From: Anolis carolinensis
Taxonomy: Eukaryota
Direction of reading: 5' to 3'
Assembly (NCBI RefSeq): GCF_035594765.1
Contig: NC_085843.1
Span: 108,105,971 to 108,169,970 of the forward strand
DNA length: 64,000 bases
A model generated the notes under the pieces. The model had not been told where the DNA came from. It did no database searches and saw only the letters and a program-made list of their open reading frames with translations. Positions 60,679 to 64,000 of this stretch are shown here, piece by piece (position 1 is the first letter of the stretch; every line of letters begins with the position of its first letter). The translations under genes and the position numbers were made by a program.

Positions 60679-63162
60679 TGTATCTCTAAATGTGGAGCCC
60701 CTGGTGGTGCAATGGGTTAGCTCTTGTGCTGGCAGTACTGCTGAGTGAAAGGCCAGTGGTTCAAATCCAGGGACTGGAGTCAGCTCCCGTCTGTTAGGTC
60801 CAGCTTTCCATGCAGAGACATGAGAGAAGCCTCCCACAGGATGGTAAAACATCTGGGCATCCCCTGGGCAACGTCCTTGCAGACAGCCAATTCTCTCACA
60901 CCAGAAGCAACTTGCATTTTCTCAAGTCACTCCTGACAGAAAAAAATATCTCCAAAATTAGAAAGAATGCACACAAAATGTGAGACATTCTGATCTTTTT
61001 TATCAATCTGAGGACCCTTCCACACAGTCTTATAACCCACAATATTTGCTTTGAACTGGGTTATCTGAGTCCATACTGCCATATAATCCTGCTCAATGTG
61101 GACTTTATACAGCTGTGTGGAAGGGCCCTGAAATATCAATTAACTAACTAGGTTTTTATCATAGCTAGTATCATTATTGTTAATATTTGCTGTCAAATGT
61201 TCCAAGATGTATTAAGAGGGCTTGCAAATCCAAGGTTGTGGTGTTCTTGACTGAGTCATTCAGATATAATATGGTCTTTTTCTTTTCCTATACCTCTCCC
61301 CCTTGACTGAGGATGTATCCACACTGTGGAATTAATTCGGTTTGATACCACTTTAACTGTCATGGATCAGTGCAATAGAATTCTGTAGCCTTGTGCGTTA
61401 TCTATCCTTTTCTGGCCTCTCCTGCTTTGTATGTTCTTCCTCATTAATGCCTTTTGCCATCTTGATAACACTTTGATGTTGCTTGATCAGGTTTCATTTT
61501 TTATCTGTGAAAGTTGGAAGATATGCTCTAGGAGCTTTGCTGCCAATGTAATCTTTAAAAAATATTATTAGACTGAATTATATACAAATTTACTTGTAGT
61601 AAGTAGTACTAGCAAAAAAAAACAACAACCCTACTTCTAATGAAACATACACTGGACTGTGCTGCTTATTAACCACCCTGTAGCACAAAATGTGGAATTC
61701 CACTAGAGGAAGCTGTTGTCATGAGAAAAAAATTGAATTATACTGAATAGCAAGAACATTATTTTTAAAAAAAACTTTAAAAAATGCTGCATATACTTTC
61801 ATAGAATCATAGAGTTGGAAGAGACCTTTATCTTAGCATAGGCCACCTAATCAATTGGTCTAAACAAGTCTTAGAAAAGCTCAAAAGGTGAAAATTGATT
61901 TTTCAGTAGTTATTAACCATGATGGTTTAGTGTAGAGATGGGGATCATATGACCTTCCAAATATTTTTGAATTGCAACTCCTTTCATCCCACGCCATTAA
62001 CTATACAGGCTAGGACTGCTAGGACATGCTGTCCCACAATATCTTGACGGCATCATGATTTCCACTTCTAAATAAGCCCTCCTCTATAGGCAGTGGAGGA
62101 TATTATTGTGGTTGTTAATTTCTATTCTGCCTTTTTCACATATCAGAAGTCAAGTTGCTTGTTGTTGTTTACTTTAAGTAATTTCCAACTTATAGCAAAC
62201 CTCAGGAAAACATATCATGATGTTTTCCGGCGCTGAGAGTATGTGACTAATACAAATTCAGCCAGGGGGTTTATATAGAGAATTATATTTTGCTTTCCAG
62301 AATCATCATCCAATGCTCCAATCATTACACTATATTGGCTCTCAAAACAAATTTCTCTTACAATTTTTTAAAAAAAGTATCACGAAAAATCTATAAAATT
62401 CAAAAGTTAAAACAAGATTAAAAAACCAAAATATTTAAATCAGATTAGAAAATTAATCATTAAACATACGCATGGATTAGTCATATCCAACACATTGTGT
62501 AAGACCTTATATAGTCACTCATCAAATGTCAGCCAGAATAGAAACATCTTTACTTGTCTGAGGTAAGAAAATAGGGAGATAATGTGATATCTCCCCTCTT
62601 CATCTGATCTTACATAATTTGTTCTGATGAGGCATATGATAATCTTGTTATACCAAAACGTGTGGGACATTTTCTCATATAGGCAATAAGATGCATTGGA
62701 TGCTCTGTCTACAATCCTTCCCTAAAGTTAGATCCTGAAGATGTGACATTGAGCCCTTCTTCACTTGACCAAAGCCCCATCCACACTGCCACATAAAATC
62801 CAGATTATTTACTTTGAACTAGATTATGTTAGTCTACACTACCATATAATACAGTTCAAAGCAAATAATTTGGATTTTATATGGCAGTGTGGATGAGACC
62901 TTAGTCAAGTGTAAAAGGGGCCAATGCCACATTAAATCCCAGTTCCTCTTGGGATTGAGTCGCCACACCCAACCCAAGCCTTAGGCTTTCACTCCCACCT
63001 CACCTCATGACATGTCATTTTTATGCATCAGGAGAGATCTTTAGAGGGGCCTGCGCTGCTAGCAGGCCCCTTAAGTGAGTTTTTTCTGGGGGAAATGGGA
63101 GCTGGGGAGGGGGGGGGGGTGTGGTTGTAATCCCAACCCTTTGGGCTCTGAGTCTGAAGAAC

Positions 63163-63569
63163 TGAGATCCCCACAAAACCCTTGTCATGATTTGGAAATT
63201 ACTTGGCATTTTCTTAATGATAGCAAGATTAATATATCTGGCCTAGCCACCTGTAAAAGAGTTAAGCCACTATTAGGGTGTGGTGGTTAATGCAATCGGA
63301 GTAGTATATAGGTTGTAGTTATAATAAGTTTGATGAGAGGCGGATGGTGGTTTTGAGAGTGTATTTGGAGAATTAGTGCTATGAGAAGTGAGGAAGAAGC
63401 TGTACACTTTGTATATTTTGTATATACTTTGTATACTGCTGCAACAAAGGAGAAATAAAAGCCTTCTGCTTATTTGGGAAAAAACAAAAGTCTGTGTGTT
63501 TTTGTTCAAGTGTTTTTGTGTTTTTGGATCCCTGGTTCCTTAACTGAAACTAATGCAAACACTTCTACA
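63163..63569 (+). mobile_element. solo LTR, 407 bp
   Basis: TG...CA termini, 5-bp TSD AGAAC (63158-63162, 63570-63574), TATATA near 63305, AATAAA near 63454 followed by a GT-rich tract. Confidence 0.75.
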
Positions 63570-64000
63570 AGAACGGGAATTTTATAACTGCATAGAACCC
63601 CTGACAATCCCCACCTGCAAAGATCCGGATCTTAACTTAAGGTCCAGATTTTTCCAGGTGTTTAATTAATCCTGATTAATTTGGGTTTACCAGAGATGTC
63701 ATTTGGGTCTGTCTGGAAAGGCCCATTGTCAGACAACCAGAACCTACATAGATGTATGTGGTGCTATGTAAACATTTCTTAGCTTATTATTGGAATTCCT
63801 CAGAAATTATAAGCATAAGTAATTATAACAGTCTGTGTCAAAATCCCAAAAGAAACCATGCACATATATAACTTTATTTGCTTACAGCTGTAGTTAAAAG
63901 ATTGGCTCACACTTGGGTCTGGCTCCATGTTGGTGCCAGATGTCCTAGTGATGGCTTGAGATGCACCAGCCATGTTCTCTAAGCCATCAGGTGGTGTATA

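Noticed and set aside
57113-60945. tRNA-like A/B boxes
   Set aside because: They are SINE heads continuing into SINE bodies, not cloverleaf tRNA genes.

Overview
Vertebrate genomic DNA, AT-rich with one 151-N gap (26447-26597). The repeat content (Sauria-type SINEs, CR1/L2/Vingi/Rex1 LINEs, many MITEs) points to a squamate, most likely an anole lizard. Two intact multi-exon genes lie in tandem on the minus strand. AKAP17A has 4 coding exons (54990->43270, 678 aa) and a CpG/ETS promoter at ~59.0-59.3 kb. ASMT/HIOMT, the last enzyme of melatonin synthesis, has 8 coding exons (37833->21255, 346 aa). All splice sites were read from the sequence, are GT-AG and join in frame. The order matches the AKAP17A-ASMT block of human PAR1. 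The rest is transposon-derived or unassigned. The most unusual object is a 1377-bp, extremely GC/CpG-rich hAT-type insertion in ASMT intron 1 (33967-35343; 11-bp TIR, 8-bp TSD, empty-site paralogue in the same window). Its interior is a concatemer of a ~140-bp unit in alternating orientation with flip/flop hairpin loops, and it is the innermost layer of a three-deep DNA-transposon nest. Also noted: a candidate NMD poison exon in AKAP17A intron 4, MITEs bracketing ASMT exon 2, a Harbinger-MITE pile-up at the AKAP17A promoter, an ORF-bearing solo LTR, and a 51-bp fold-back inside a SINE. Repeat family names come from recalled motifs, not database searches.
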